Shown one piece after another: positions 39,610 through 55,200 of a stretch of 64,000 nt of DNA; the first letter of the stretch is position 1, and each line of letters opens with the position of its first letter. A model generated the notes under the pieces. It saw nothing but the letters and a program-made list of their open reading frames with translations. It had not been told where the DNA came from and did not search any database. The stretch is taken from the NCBI GenBank assembly GCA_964057225.1, contig OZ059896.1:20646001-20710000 (forward strand), written 5' to 3'. A program made the translations under genes and the position numbers. This stretch comes from Auanema rhodensis (Eukaryota > Animalia > Nematoda).

Positions 39610-42600
39610 ATGATCGTTTGAAAAATGATGCATTAGTGTATGTTGAGTTTCCATGTACACTCAACATTGCTTCCAAAAACATTTTGACAAAAATTTTTTC
39701 GAAAAATTTCAAAATAATTTAGCAAAAAGTAGATGTTTTTAGATTCCATTTTTCAAGACAAAGACGATAGACAGTGTTATTCAACGAAAAAATCAATTCT
39801 TCAGGGTGAAAATCGAGGATATAAGTGTGAACTTATATCAGTTGATATCTCGGTGCATTTTCAAGCTAGCGCAAATCTGATAACACAGATCGACGCAGCT
39901 TAAAAATCCGCATCGAATGCACTATACTACATTGAGAAACGCTTAATACAAAAATTAGTTATGATCGTTTGAAAAATGATGCATTAGTGTATGTTCAGTT
40001 TCCATGTACACTCAACATTGCTTCCAAAAACATTTTGACAAAAATTTTTTCGAAAAATTTCAAAATAATTTAGCAAAAAGTAGATGTTTTTAGATTCCTT
40101 TTTTTAAGGCAAAAACGATGGACAATGTTATTCAACGAAAAAATTAATTCTTCAGGGTGAAAATCGAGGATATAAGTGTGAACTTATATCAGTTGATATC
40201 TCGGTGCATTTTTAAGCTAGCGCAAATCTGATAACACAGATCGACGCAGCTTAAAAATCCGCATCGAATGCACTATACTACATTGAGAAACGCTTAATAC
40301 AAAAATTAGTTATGATCGTTTGAAAAATGATGCATTAGTGTATGTTGAGTTTCCATGTACACTCAACATTGCTTCCCAAAACATTTTGACAAAAATTTTT
40401 TCGAAAAATTTCAAAATAATTTAGCAAAAAGTAGATGTTTTTAGATTCCTTTTTTTAAGGCAAAAACGATGGACAATGTTATTCAACGAAAAAATTAATT
40501 CTTCAGGGTGAAAATCGAGGATATAAGTGTGAACTTATATCAGTTGATATCTCGGTGCATTTTTAAGCTAGCGCAAATCTGATAACACAGATCGACGCAG
40601 CTTAAAAATCCGCATCGAATGCACTATACTACATTGAGAAACGCTTAATACAAAAATTAGTTATGATCGTTTGAAAAATGATGCATTAGTGTATGTTGAG
40701 TTTCCATGTACACTCAACATTGCTTCCAAAAACATTTTGACAAAAATTTTTTCGAAAAATTTCAAAATAATTTAGCAAAAAGTAGATGTTTTTAGATTCC
40801 ATTTTTCAAGGCAAAGACGATAGACAATGTTATTCAACGAAAAAATTAATTCTTCAGGGTGAAAATCGAGGATATAAGTGTGAACTTATATCAGTTGATA
40901 TCTCGGTGCATTTTCAAGCTAGCGCAAATCTGATAACACAGATCGACGCAGCTTAAAAATCCGCATCGAATGCACTATACTACATTGAGAAACGCTTAAT
41001 ACAAAAATTAGTTATGATCGTTTGAAAAATGATGCATTAGTGTATGTTGAGTTTCCATGTACACTCAACATTGCTTCCAAAAACATTTTGACAAAACTTT
41101 TTCGAAAAATTTCAAAATAATTTAGCAGAAAGTAGATGTTTTTAGATTCCTTTTTTTAAGGCAAAGACGATGGACAATGTTATTCAACGAAAAAATTAAT
41201 TCTTCAGGGTGAAAATCGAGGATATAAGTGTGAACTTATATCAGTTGATATCTCGGTGCATTTTCAAGCTAGCGCAAATCTGATAACACAGATCGACGCA
41301 GCTTAAAAATCCGCATCGAATGCACTATACTACATTGAGAAACGCTTAATACAAAAATTAGTTATGATCGTTTGAAAAATGATGCATTAGTGTATGTTGA
41401 GTTTCCATGTACACTCAACATTGCTTCCAAAAACATTTTGACAAAAATTTTTTCGAAAAATTTCAAAATAATTTAGCAAAAAGTAGATGTTTTTAGATTC
41501 CTTTTTTTAAGGCAAAAACGATGGACAATGTTATTCAACGAAAAAATTAATTCTTCAGGGTGAAAATCGAGGATATAAGTGTGAACTTATATCAGTTGAT
41601 ATCTCGGTGCATTTTTAAGCTAGCGCAAATCTGATAACACAGATCGACGCAGCTTAAAAATCCGCATCGAATGCACTATACTACATTGAGAAACGCTTAA
41701 TACAAAAATTAGTTATGATCGTTTGAAAAATGATGCATTAGTGTATGTTGAGTTTCCATGTACACTCAACATTGCTTCCAAAAACATTTTGACAAAAATT
41801 TTTTCGAAAAATTTCAAAATAATTTAGCAAAAAGTAGATGTTTTTAGATTCCATTTTTCAAGGCAAAGACGATAGACAATGTTATTCAACGAAAAAATTA
41901 ATTCTTCAGGGTGAAAATCGAGGATATAAGTGTGAACTTATATCAGTTGATATCTCGGTGCATTTTCAAGCTAGCGCAAATCTGATAACACAGATCGACG
42001 CAGCTTAAAAATCCGCATCGAATGCACTATACTACATTGAGAAACGCTTAATACAAAAATTAGTTATGATCGTTTGAAAAATGATGCATTAGTGTATGTT
42101 GAGTTTCCATGTACACTCAACATTGCTTCCAAAAACATTTTGACAAAAATTTTTTCGAAAAATTTCAAAATAATTTAGCAAAAAGTAGATGTTTTTAGAT
42201 TCCTTTTTTTAAGGCAAAAACGATGGACAATGTTATTCAACGAAAAAATTAATTCTTCAGGGTGAAAATCGAGGATATAAGTGTGAACATATATCAGTTG
42301 ATATCTCGGTGCATTTTTAAGCTAGCGCAAATCTGATAACACAGATCGACGCAGCTTAAAAATCCGCATCGAATGCACTATACTACATTGAGAAACGCTT
42401 AATACAAAAATTAGTTATGATCGTTTGAAAAATGATGCATTAGTGTATGTTGAGTTTCCATGTACACTCAACATTGCTTCCAAAAACATTTTGACAAAAC
42501 TTTTTTCGAAAAATTTCAAAATAATTTAGCAAAAAGTAGATGTTTTTAGATTTCTTTTTTTAAGGCAAAAACGATGGACAATGTTATTCAACGAAAAAAT

Positions 42601-45600
42601 TAGTTCTTCAGGGTGAAAATCGAGGATATAAGTGTGAACTTATATCAGTTGATATCTCGGTGCATTTTTAAGCTAGCGCAAATCTGATAACACAGATCGA
42701 CGCAGCTTAAAAATCTGCATCGAATGCACTATACTACATCAAGAAACGCTTAATACAAAAATTAGTTATGATCGTTTGAAAAATGATGCATTAGTGTATG
42801 TTGAGTTTCCATGTACACTCAACATTGCTTCCAAAAACATTTTGACAAAAATTTTTTCGAAAAATTTCAAAATAATTTAGCAAAAAGTAGATGTTTTTAG
42901 ATTCCTTTTTTTAAGGCAAAAACGATGGACAATGTTATTCAACGAAAAAATTAATTCTTCAGGGTGAAAATCGAGGATATAAGTGTGAACTTATATCAGT
43001 TGATATCTCGGTGCATTTTCAAGCTAGCGCAAATCTGATAACACAGATCGACGCAGCTTAAAAATCCGCATCGAATGCACTATACTACATTGAGAAACGC
43101 TTAATACAAAAATTAGTTATGATCGTTTGAAAAATGATGCATTAGTGTATGTTGAGTTTCCATGTACACTCAACATTGCTTCCAAAAACATTTTGACAAA
43201 AATTTTTTCGAAAAATTTCAAAATAATTTAGCAAAAAGTAGATGTTTTTAGATTCCATTTTTCAAGGCAAAGACGATAGACAGTGTTATTCAACGAAAAA
43301 ATCAATTCTTCAGGGTGAAAATCGAGGATATAAGTGTGAACTTATATCAGTTGATATCTCGGTGCATTTTCAAGCTAGCGCAAATCTGATAACACAGATC
43401 GACGCAGCTTAAAAATCCGCATCGAATGCACTATACTACATTGAGAAACGCTTAATACAAAAATTAGTTATGATCGTTTGAAAAATGATGCATTAGTGTA
43501 TGTTGAGTTTCCATGTACACTCAACATTGCTTCCAAAAACATTTTGACAAAAATTTTTTCGAAAAATTTCAAAATAATTTAGCAAAAAGTAGATGTTTTT
43601 AGATTCCATTTTTCAAGGCAAAGACGATAGACAATGTTATTCAACGAAAAAATTAATTCTTCAGGGTGAAAATCGAGGATATAAGTGTGAATTTATATCA
43701 GTTGATATCTCGGTGCATTTTCAAGCTAGCGCAAATCTGATAACACAGATCGACGCAGCTTAAAAATCCGCATCGAATGCACTATACTACATTGAGAAAC
43801 GCTTAATACAAAAATTAGTTATGATCGTTTGAAAAATGATGCATTAGTGTATGTTGAGTTTCCATGTACACTCAACATTGCTTCCAAAAACATTTTGACA
43901 AAAATTTTTTCGAAAAATTTCAAAATAATTTAGCAAAAAGTAGATGTTTTTAGATTCCATTTTTCAAGGCAAAGACGATAGACAGTGTTATTCAACGAAA
44001 AAATCAATTCTTCAGGGTGAAAATCGAGGATATAAGTGTGAACTTATATCAGTTGATATCTCGGTGCATTTTCAAGCTAGCGCAAATCTGATAACACAGA
44101 TCGACGCAGCTTAAAAATCCGCATCGAATGCACTATACTACATTGAGAAACGCTTAATACAAAAATTAGTTATGATCGTTTGAAAAATGATGCATTAGTG
44201 TATGTTGAGTTTCCATGTACACTCAACATTGCTTCCAAAAACATTTTGACAAAAATTTTTTCGAAAAATTTCAAAATAATTTAGCAAAAAGTAGATGTTT
44301 TTAGATTCCTTTTTTTAAGGCAAAAACAATGGACAATGTTATTCAACGAAAAAATTAATTCTTCAGGGTGAAAATCGAGGATATAAGTGTGAACTTATAT
44401 CAGTTGATATCTCGGTGCATTTTCAAGCTAGCGCAAATCTGATAACACAGATCGACGCAGCTTAAAAATCCGCATCGAATGCACTATACTACATTGAGAA
44501 ACGCTTAATACAAAAATTAGTTATGATCGTTTGAAAAATGATGCATTAGTGTATGTTGAGTTTCCATGTACACTCAACATTGCTTCCAAAAACATTTTGA
44601 CAAAAATTTTTTCGAAAAATTTCAAAATAATTTAGCAAAAAGTAGATGTTTTTAGATTCCATTTTTCAAGGCAAAGACGATAGACAGTGTTATTCAACGA
44701 AAAAATCAATTCTTCAGGGTGAAAATCGAGGATATAAGTGTGAACTTATATCAGTTGATATCTCGGTGCATTTTCAAGCTAGCGCAAATCTGATAACACA
44801 GATCGACGCAGCTTAAAAATCCGCATCGAATGCACTATACTACATTGAGAAACGCTTAATACAAAAATTAGTTATGATCGTTTGAAAAATGATGCATTAG
44901 TGTATGTTGAGTTTCCATGTACACTCAACATTGCTTCCAAAAACATTTTGACAAAAATTTTTTCGAAAAATTTCAAAATAATTTAGCAAAAAGTAGATGT
45001 TTTTAGATTCCTTTTTTCAAGGCAAAGACGATGGACAATGTTATTCAACGAAAAAATTAATTCTTCAGGGTGAAAATAGAGGATATAAGTGTGAACTTAT
45101 ATCAGTTGATATCTCGGTGCATTTTTAAGCTAGCGCAAATCTGATAACACAGATCGGCGCAGCTTAAAATCCGCATCGAATGCACTATACTACATTGAGA
45201 AACGCTTGATACAAAAATTAGTTATGATCGTTTGAAAAATGATGCATTAGTGTATGTTGAGTTTCCATGTACACTCAACATTGCTTCCAAAAACAGTTTG
45301 ACAAAAATTTTTTCGAAAAATTTCAAAATAATTTAGCAAAAAGTAGATGTTTTTAGATTCCATTTTTCAAGGCAAAGACGATAGACAATGTTATTCAACG
45401 AAAAAATTAATTCTTCAGGGTGAAAATCGAGGATATAAGTGTGAATTTATATCAGTTGATATCTCGGTGCATTTTCAAGCTAGCGCAAATCTGATAACAC
45501 AGATCGACGCAGCTTAAAAATCCGCATCGAATGCACTATACTACATTGAGAAACGCTTAATACAAAAATTAGTTATGATCGTTTGAAAAATGATGCATTA

Positions 45601-48600
45601 GTGTATGTTGAGTTTCCATGTACACTCAACATTGCTTCCAAAAACATTTTGACAAAAATTTTTTCGAAAAATTTCAAAATAATTTAGCAAAAAGTAGATG
45701 TTTTTAGATTCCATTTTTCAAGACAAAGACGATAGACAGTGTTATTCAACGAAAAAATCAATTCTTCAGGGTGAAAATCGAGGATATAAGTGTGAACTTA
45801 TATCAGTTGATATCTCGGTGCATTTTCAAGCTAGCGCAAATCTGATAACACAGATCGACGCAGCTTAAAAATCCGCATCGAATGCACTATACTACATTGA
45901 GAAACGCTTAATACAAAAATTAGTTATGATCGTTTGAAAAATGATGCATTAGTGTATGTTCAGTTTCCATGTACACTCAACATTGCTTCCAAAAACATTT
46001 TGACAAAAATTTTTTCGAAAAATTTCAAAATAATTTAGCAAAAAGTAGATGTTTTTAGATTCCTTTTTTTAAGGCAAAAACGATGGACAATGTTATTCAA
46101 CGAAAAAATTAATTCTTCAGGGTGAAAATCGAGGATATAAGTGTGAACTTATATCAGTTGATATCTCGGTGCATTTTTAAGCTAGCGCAAATCTGATAAC
46201 ACAGATCGACGCAGCTTAAAAATCCGCATCGAATGCACTATACTACATTGAGAAACGCTTAATACAAAAATTAGTTATGATCGTTTGAAAAATGATGCAT
46301 TAGTGTATGTTGAGTTTCCATGTACACTCAACATTGCTTCCAAAAACATTTTGACAAAAATTTTTTCGAAAAATTTCAAAATAATTTAGCAAAAAGTAGA
46401 TGTTTTTAGATTCCATTTTTCAAGGCAAAGACGATAGACAATGTTATTCAACGAAAAAATTAATTCTTCAGGGTGAAAATCGAGGATATAAGTGTGAACT
46501 TATATCAGTTGATATCTCGGTGCATTTTCAAGCTAGCGCAAATCTGATAACACAGATCGACGCAGCTTAAAAATCCGCATCGAATGCACTATACTACATT
46601 GAGAAACGCTTAATACAAAAATTAGTTATGATCGTTTGAAAAATGATGCATTAGTGTATGTTGAGTTTCCATGTACACTCAACATTGCTTCCAAAAACAT
46701 TTTGACAAAAATTTTTTCGAAAAATTTCAAAATAATTTAGCAAAAAGTAGATGTTTTTAGATTCCTTTTTTTAAGGCAAAAACGATGGACAATGTTATTC
46801 AACGAAAAAATTAATTCTTCAGGGTGAAAATCGAGGATATAAGTGTGAACTTATATCAGTTGATATCTCGGTGCATTTTTAAGCTAGCGCAAATCTGATA
46901 ACACAGATCGACGCAGCTTAAAAATCCGCATCGAATGCACTATACTACATTGAGAAACGCTTAATACAAAAATTAGTTATGATCGTTTGAAAAATGATGC
47001 ATTAGTGTATGTTGAGTTTCCATGTACACTCAACATTGCTTCCAAAAACATTTTGACAAAAATTTTTTCGAAAAATTTCAAAATAATTTAGCAAAAAGTA
47101 GATGTTTTTAGATTCCATTTTTCAAGGCAAAGACGATAGACAATGTTATTCAACGAAAAAATTAATTCTTCAGGGTGAAAATCGAGGATATAAGTGTGAA
47201 CTTATATCAGTTGATATCTCGGTGCATTTTCAAGCTAGCGCAAATCTGATAACACAGATCGACGCAGCTTAAAAATCCGCATCGAATGCACTATACTACA
47301 TTGAGAAACGCTTAATACAAAAATTAGTTATGATCGTTTGAAAAATGATGCATTAGTGTATGTTGAGTTTCCATGTACACTCAACATTGCTTCCAAAAAC
47401 ATTTTGACAAAACTTTTTCGAAAAATTTCAAAATAATTTAGCAGAAAGTAGATGTTTTTAGATTCCTTTTTTTAAGGCAAAGACGATGGACAATGTTATT
47501 CAACGAAAAAATTAATTCTTCAGGGTGAAAATCGAGGATATAAGTGTGAACTTATATCAGTTGATATCTCGGTGCATTTTCAAGCTAGCGCAAATCTGAT
47601 AACACAGATCGACGCAGCTTAAAAATCCGCATCGAATGCACTATACTACATTGAGAAACGCTTAATACAAAAATTAGTTATGATCGTTTGAAAAATGATG
47701 CATTAGTGTATGTTGAGTTTCCATGTACACTCAACATTGCTTCCAAAAACATTTTGACAAAAATTTTTTCGAAAAATTTCAAAATAATTTAGCAAAAAGT
47801 AGATGTTTTTAGATTCCTTTTTTTAAGGCAAAAACGATGGACAATGTTATTCAACGAAAAAATTAATTCTTCAGGGTGAAAATCGAGGATATAAGTGTGA
47901 ACTTATATCAGTTGATATCTCGGTGCATTTTTAAGCTAGCGCAAATCTGATAACACAGATCGACGCAGCTTAAAAATCCGCATCGAATGCACTATACTAC
48001 ATTGAGAAACGCTTAATACAAAAATTAGTTATGATCGTTTGAAAAATGATGCATTAGTGTATGTTGAGTTTCCATGTACACTCAACATTGCTTCCAAAAA
48101 CATTTTGACAAAAATTTTTTCGAAAAATTTCAAAATAATTTAGCAAAAAGTAGATGTTTTTAGATTCCATTTTTCAAGGCAAAGACGATAGACAATGTTA
48201 TTCAACGAAAAAATTAATTCTTCAGGGTGAAAATCGAGGATATAAGTGTGAACTTATATCAGTTGATATCTCGGTGCATTTTCAAGCTAGCGCAAATCTG
48301 ATAACACAGATCGACGCAGCTTAAAAATCCGCATCGAATGCACTATACTACATTGAGAAACGCTTAATACAAAAATTAGTTATGATCGTTTGAAAAATGA
48401 TGCATTAGTGTATGTTGAGTTTCCATGTACACTCAACATTGCTTCCAAAAACATTTTGACAAAAATTTTTTCGAAAAATTTCAAAATAATTTAGCAAAAA
48501 GTAGATGTTTTTAGATTCCTTTTTTTAAGGCAAAAACGATGGACAATGTTATTCAACGAAAAAATTAATTCTTCAGGGTGAAAATCGAGGATATAAGTGT

Positions 48601-51600
48601 GAACATATATCAGTTGATATCTCGGTGCATTTTTAAGCTAGCGCAAATCTGATAACACAGATCGACGCAGCTTAAAAATCCGCATCGAATGCACTATACT
48701 ACATTGAGAAACGCTTAATACAAAAATTAGTTATGATCGTTTGAAAAATGATGCATTAGTGTATGTTGAGTTTCCATGTACACTCAACATTGCTTCCAAA
48801 AACATTTTGACAAAACTTTTTTCGAAAAATTTCAAAATAATTTAGCAAAAAGTAGATGTTTTTAGATTTCTTTTTTTAAGGCAAAAACGATGGACAATGT
48901 TATTCAACGAAAAAATTAGTTCTTCAGGGTGAAAATCGAGGATATAAGTGTGAACTTATATCAGTTGATATCTCGGTGCATTTTTAAGCTAGCGCAAATC
49001 TGATAACACAGATCGACGCAGCTTAAAAATCTGCATCGAATGCACTATACTACATCAAGAAACGCTTAATACAAAAATTAGTTATGATCGTTTGAAAAAT
49101 GATGCATTAGTGTATGTTGAGTTTCCATGTACACTCAACATTGCTTCCAAAAACATTTTGACAAAAATTTTTTCGAAAAATTTCAAAATAATTTAGCAAA
49201 AAGTAGATGTTTTTAGATTCCATTTTTCAAGGCAAAGACGATAGACAGTGTTATTCAACGAAAAAATCAATTCTTCAGGGTGAAAATCGAGGATATAAGT
49301 GTGAACTTATATCAGTTGATATCTCGGTGCATTTTCAAGCTAGCGCAAATCTGATAACACAGATCGACGCAGCTTAAAAATCCGCATCGAATGCACTATA
49401 CTACATTGAGAAACGCTTAATACAAAAATTAGTTATGATCGTTTGAAAAATGATGCATTAGTGTATGTTGAGTTTCCATGTACACTCAACATTGCTTCCA
49501 AAAACATTTTGACAAAAATTTTTTCGAAAAATTTCAAAATAATTTAGCAAAAAGTAGATGTTTTTAGATTCCATTTTTCAAGGCAAAGACGATAGACAAT
49601 GTTATTCAACGAAAAAATTAATTCTTCAGGGTGAAAATCGAGGATATAAGTGTGAATTTATATCAGTTGATATCTCGGTGCATTTTCAAGCTAGCGCAAA
49701 TCTGATAACACAGATCGACGCAGCTTAAAAATCCGCATCGAATGCACTATACTACATTGAGAAACGCTTAATACAAAAATTAGTTATGATCGTTTGAAAA
49801 ATGATGCATTAGTGTATGTTGAGTTTCCATGTACACTCAACATTGCTTCCAAAAACATTTTGACAAAAATTTTTTCGAAAAATTTCAAAATAATTTAGCA
49901 AAAAGTAGATGTTTTTAGATTCCATTTTTCAAGGCAAAGACGATAGACAGTGTTATTCAACGAAAAAATCAATTCTTCAGGGTGAAAATCGAGGATATAA
50001 GTGTGAACTTATATCAGTTGATATCTCGGTGCATTTTCAAGCTAGCGCAAATCTGATAACACAGATCGACGCAGCTTAAAAATCCGCATCGAATGCACTA
50101 TACTACATTGAGAAACGCTTAATACAAAAATTAGTTATGATCGTTTGAAAAATGATGCATTAGTGTATGTTGAGTTTCCATGTACACTCAACATTGCTTC
50201 CAAAAACATTTTGACAAAAATTTTTTCGAAAAATTTCAAAATAATTTAGCAAAAAGTAGATGTTTTTAGATTCCTTTTTTTAAGGCAAAAACAATGGACA
50301 ATGTTATTCAACGAAAAAATTAATTCTTCAGGGTGAAAATCGAGGATATAAGTGTGAACTTATATCAGTTGATATCTCGGTGCATTTTCAAGCTAGCGCA
50401 AATCTGATAACACAGATCGACGCAGCTTAAAAATCCGCATCGAATGCACTATACTACATTGAGAAACGCTTAATACAAAAATTAGTTATGATCGTTTGAA
50501 AAATGATGCATTAGTGTATGTTGAGTTTCCATGTACACTCAACATTGCTTCCAAAAACATTTTGACAAAAATTTTTTCGAAAAATTTCAAAATAATTTAG
50601 CAAAAAGTAGATGTTTTTAGATTCCATTTTTCAAGGCAAAGACGATAGACAGTGTTATTCAACGAAAAAATCAATTCTTCAGGGTGAAAATCGAGGATAT
50701 AAGTGTGAACTTATATCAGTTGATATCTCGGTGCATTTTCAAGCTAGCGCAAATCTGATAACACAGATCGACGCAGCTTAAAAATCCGCATCGAATGCAC
50801 TATACTACATTGAGAAACGCTTAATACAAAAATTAGTTATGATCGTTTGAAAAATGATGCATTAGTGTATGTTGAGTTTCCATGTACACTCAACATTGCT
50901 TCCAAAAACATTTTGACAAAAATTTTTTCGAAAAATTTCAAAATAATTTAGCAAAAAGTAGATGTTTTTAGATTCCTTTTTTTAAGGCAAAAACAATGGA
51001 CAATGTTATTCAACGAAAAAATTAATTCTTCAGGGTGAAAATCGAGGATATAAGTGTGAACTTATATCAGTTGATATCTCGGTGCATTTTCAAGCTAGCG
51101 CAAATCTGATAACACAGATCGACGCAGCTTAAAAATCCGCATCGAATGCACTATACTACATTGAGAAACGCTTAATACAAAAATTAGTTATGATCGTTTG
51201 AAAAATGATGCATTAGTGTATGTTGAGTTTCCATGTACACTCAACATTGCTTCCAAAAACATTTTGACAAAAATTTTTTCGAAAAATTTCAAAATAATTT
51301 AGCAAAAAGTAGATGTTTTTAGATTCCATTTTTCAAGGCAAAGACGATAGACAGTGTTATTCAACGAAAAAATCAATTCTTCAGGGTGAAAATCGAGGAT
51401 ATAAGTGTGAACTTATATCAGTTGATATCTCGGTGCATTTTCAAGCTAGCGCAAATCTGATAACACAGATCGACGCAGCTTAAAAATCCGCATCGAATGC
51501 ACTATACTACATTGAGAAACGCTTAATACAAAAATTAGTTATGATCGTTTGAAAAATGATGCATTAGTGTATGTTGAGTTTCCATGTACACTCAACATTG

Positions 51601-52241
51601 CTTCCAAAAACATTTTGACAAAAATTTTTTCGAAAAATTTCAAAATAATTTAGCAAAAAGTAGATGTTTTTAGATTCCTTTTTTCAAGGCAAAGACGATG
51701 GACAATGTTATTCAACGAAAAAATTAATTCTTCAGGGTGAAAATAGAGGATATAAGTGTGAACTTATATCAGTTGATATCTCGGTGCATTTTTAAGCTAG
51801 CGCAAATCTGATAACACAGATCGGCGCAGCTTAAAATCCGCATCGAATGCACTATACTACATTGAGAAACGCTTGATACAAAAATTAGTTATGATCGTTT
51901 GAAAAATGATGCATTAGTGTATGTTGAGTTTCCATGTACACTCAACATTGCTTCCAAAAACAGTTTGACAAAAATTTTTTCGAAAAATTTCAAAATAATT
52001 TAGCAAAAAGTAGATGTTTTTAGATTCCATTTTTCAAGGCAAAGACGATAGACAATGTTATTCAACGAAAAAATTAATTCTTCAGGGTGAAAATCGAGGA
52101 TATAAGTGTGAATTTATATCAGTTGATATCTCGGTGCATTTTCAAGCTAGCGCAAATCTGATAACACAGATCGACGCAGCTTAAAAATCCGCATCGAATG
52201 CACTATACTACATTGAGAAACGCTTAATACAAAAATTAGTT
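39610..52241 (+). repeat. ~6-6.7 kb tandem segmental duplication (17 vs 19 monomers)
   Basis: Private variants in the same order in both copies (monomer starts): CAAGACA 39610/45575, GTTCAGTT 39961/45926, GCAGAA+1-bp deletion 41014/47330, GAACATAT 42066/48382, AACAATGG 44172/50137, CAGTTT+GAATTT 45224/51891. Confidence 0.88.
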
Positions 52242-55200
52242 ATGATCGTTTGAAAAATGATGCATTAGTGTATGTTGAGTTTCCATGTACACTCAACATT
52301 GCTTCCAAAAACATTTTGACAAAAATTTTTTCGAAAAATTTCAAAATAATTTAGCAAAAAGTAGATGTTTTTAGATTTCTTTTTTTAAGGCAAAAACGAT
52401 GGACAATGTTATTCAACGAAAAAATTAGTTCTTCAGGGTGAAAATCGAGGATATAAGTGTGAACTTATATCAGTTGATATCTCGGTGCATTTTCAAGCTA
52501 GCGCAAATCTGATAACACAGATCGACGCAGCTTAAAAATCCGCATCGAATGCACTATACTACATTGAGAAACGCTTAATACAAAAATTAGTTATGATCGT
52601 TTGAAAAATGATGCATTAGTGTATGTTGAGTTTCCATGTACACTCAACATTGCTTCCAAAAACATTTTGACAAAAATTTTTTCGAAAAATTTCAAAATAA
52701 TTTAGCAAAAAGTAGATGTTTTTAGATTCCTTTTTTTAAGGCAAAAACGATGGACAATGTTATTCAACGAAAAAATTAATTCTTCAGGGTGAAAATCGAG
52801 GATATAAGTGTGAACTTATATCAGTTGATATCTCGGTGCATTTTCAAGCTAGCGCAAATCTGATAACACAGATCGACGCAGCTTAAAAATCCGCATCGAA
52901 TGCACTATACTACATTGAGAAACGCTTAATACAAAAATTAGTTATGATCGTTTGAAAAATGATGCATTAGTGTATGTTGAGTTTCCATGTACACTCAACA
53001 TTGCTTCCAAAAACATTTTGACAAAAATTTTTTCGAAAAATTTCAAAATAATTTAGCAAAAAGTAGATGTTTTTAGATTCCATTTTTCAAGGCAAAGACG
53101 ATAGACAGTGTTATTCAACGAAAAAATCAATTCTTCAGGGTGAAAATCGAGGATATAAGTGTGAACTTATATCAGTTGATATCTCGGTGCATTTTCAAGC
53201 TAGCGCAAATCTGATAACACAGATCGACGCAGCTTAAAAATCCGCATCGAATGCACTATACTACATTGAGAAACGCTTAATACAAAAATTAGTTATGATC
53301 GTTTGAAAAATGATGCATTAGTGTATGTTGAGTTTCCATGTACACTCAACATTGCTTCCAAAAACATTTTGACAAAAATTTTTTCGAAAAATTTCAAAAT
53401 AATTTAGCAAAAAGTAGATGTTTTTAGATTCCTTTTTTTAAGGCAAAAACGATGGACAATGTTATTCAACGAAAAAATTAATTCTTCAGGGTGAAAATCG
53501 AGGATATAAGTGTGAACTTATATCAGTTGATATCTCGGTGCATTTTTAAGCTAGCGCAAATCTGATAACACAGATCGACGCAGCTTAAAAATCCGCATCG
53601 AATGCACTATACTACATTGAGAAACGCTTAATACAAAAATTAGTTATGATCGTTTGAAAAATGATGCATTAGTGTATGTTGAGTTTCCATGTACACTCAA
53701 CATTGCTTCCAAAAACATTTTGACAAAAATTTTTTCGAAAAATTTCAAAATAATTTAGCAAAAAGTAGATGTTTTTAGATTCCATTTTTCAAGGCAAAGA
53801 CGATAGACAATGTTATTCAACGAAAAAATTAATTCTTCAGGGTGAAAATCGAGGATATAAGTGTGAACTTATATCAGTTGATATCTCGGTGCATTTTCAA
53901 GCTAGCGCAAATCTGATAACACAGATCGACGCAGCTTAAAAATCCGCATCGAATGCACTATACTACATTGAGAAACGCTTAATACAAAAATTAGTTATGA
54001 TCGTTTGAAAAATGATGCATTAGTGTATGTTGAGTTTCCATGTACACTCAACATTGCTTCCAAAAACATTTTGACAAAAATTTTTTCGAAAAATTTCAAA
54101 ATAATTTAGCAAAAAGTAGATGTTGTTAGATTCCTTTTTTTAAGGCAAAAACGATGGACAATGTTATTCAACGAAAAAATTAATTCTTCAGGGTGAAAAT
54201 CGAGGATATAAGTGTGAACTTATATCAGTTGATATCTCGGTGCATTTTTAAGCTAGCGCAAATCTGATAACACAGATCGACGCAGCTTAAAAATCCGCAT
54301 CGAATGCACTATACTACATTGAGAAACGCTTAATACAAAAATTAGTTATGATCGTTTGAAAAATGATGCATTAGTGTATGTTGAGTTTCCATGTACACTC
54401 AACATTGCTTCCAAAAACATTTTGACAAAAATTTTTTCGAAAAATTTCAAAATAATTTAGCAAAAAGTAGATGTTTTTAGATTCCATTTTTCAAGGCAAA
54501 GACGATAGACAATGTTATTCAACGAAAAAATTAATTCTTCAGGGTGAAAATCGAGGATATAAGTGTGAACTTATATCAGTTGATATCTCGGTGCATTTTC
54601 AAGCTAGCGCAAATCTGATAACACAGATCGACGCAGCTTAAAAATCCGCATCGAATGCACTATACTACATTGAGAAACGCTTAATACAAAAATTAGTTAT
54701 GATCGTTTGAAAAATGATGCATTAGTGTATGTTGAGTTTCCATGTACACTCAACATTGCTTCCAAAAACATTTTGACAAAAATTTTTTCGAAAAATTTCA
54801 AAATAATTTAGCAAAAAGTAGATGTTTTTAGATTCCATTTTTCAAGGCAAAGACGATAGACAGTGTTATTCAACGAAAAAATCAATTCTTCAGGGTGAAA
54901 ATCGAGGATATAAGTGTGAACTTATATCAGTTGATATCTCGGTGCATTTTCAAGCTAGCGCAAATCTGATAACACAGATCGACGCAGCTTAAAAATCCGC
55001 ATCGAATGCACTATACTACATTGAGAAACGCTTAATACAAAAATTAGTTATGATCGTTTGAAAAATGATGCATTAGTGTATGTTGAGTTTCCATGTACAC
55101 TCAACATTGCTTCCAAAAACATTTTGACAAAAATTTTTTCGAAAAATTTCAAAATAATTTAGCAAAAAGTAGATGTTTTTAGATTCCTTTTTTTAAGGCA

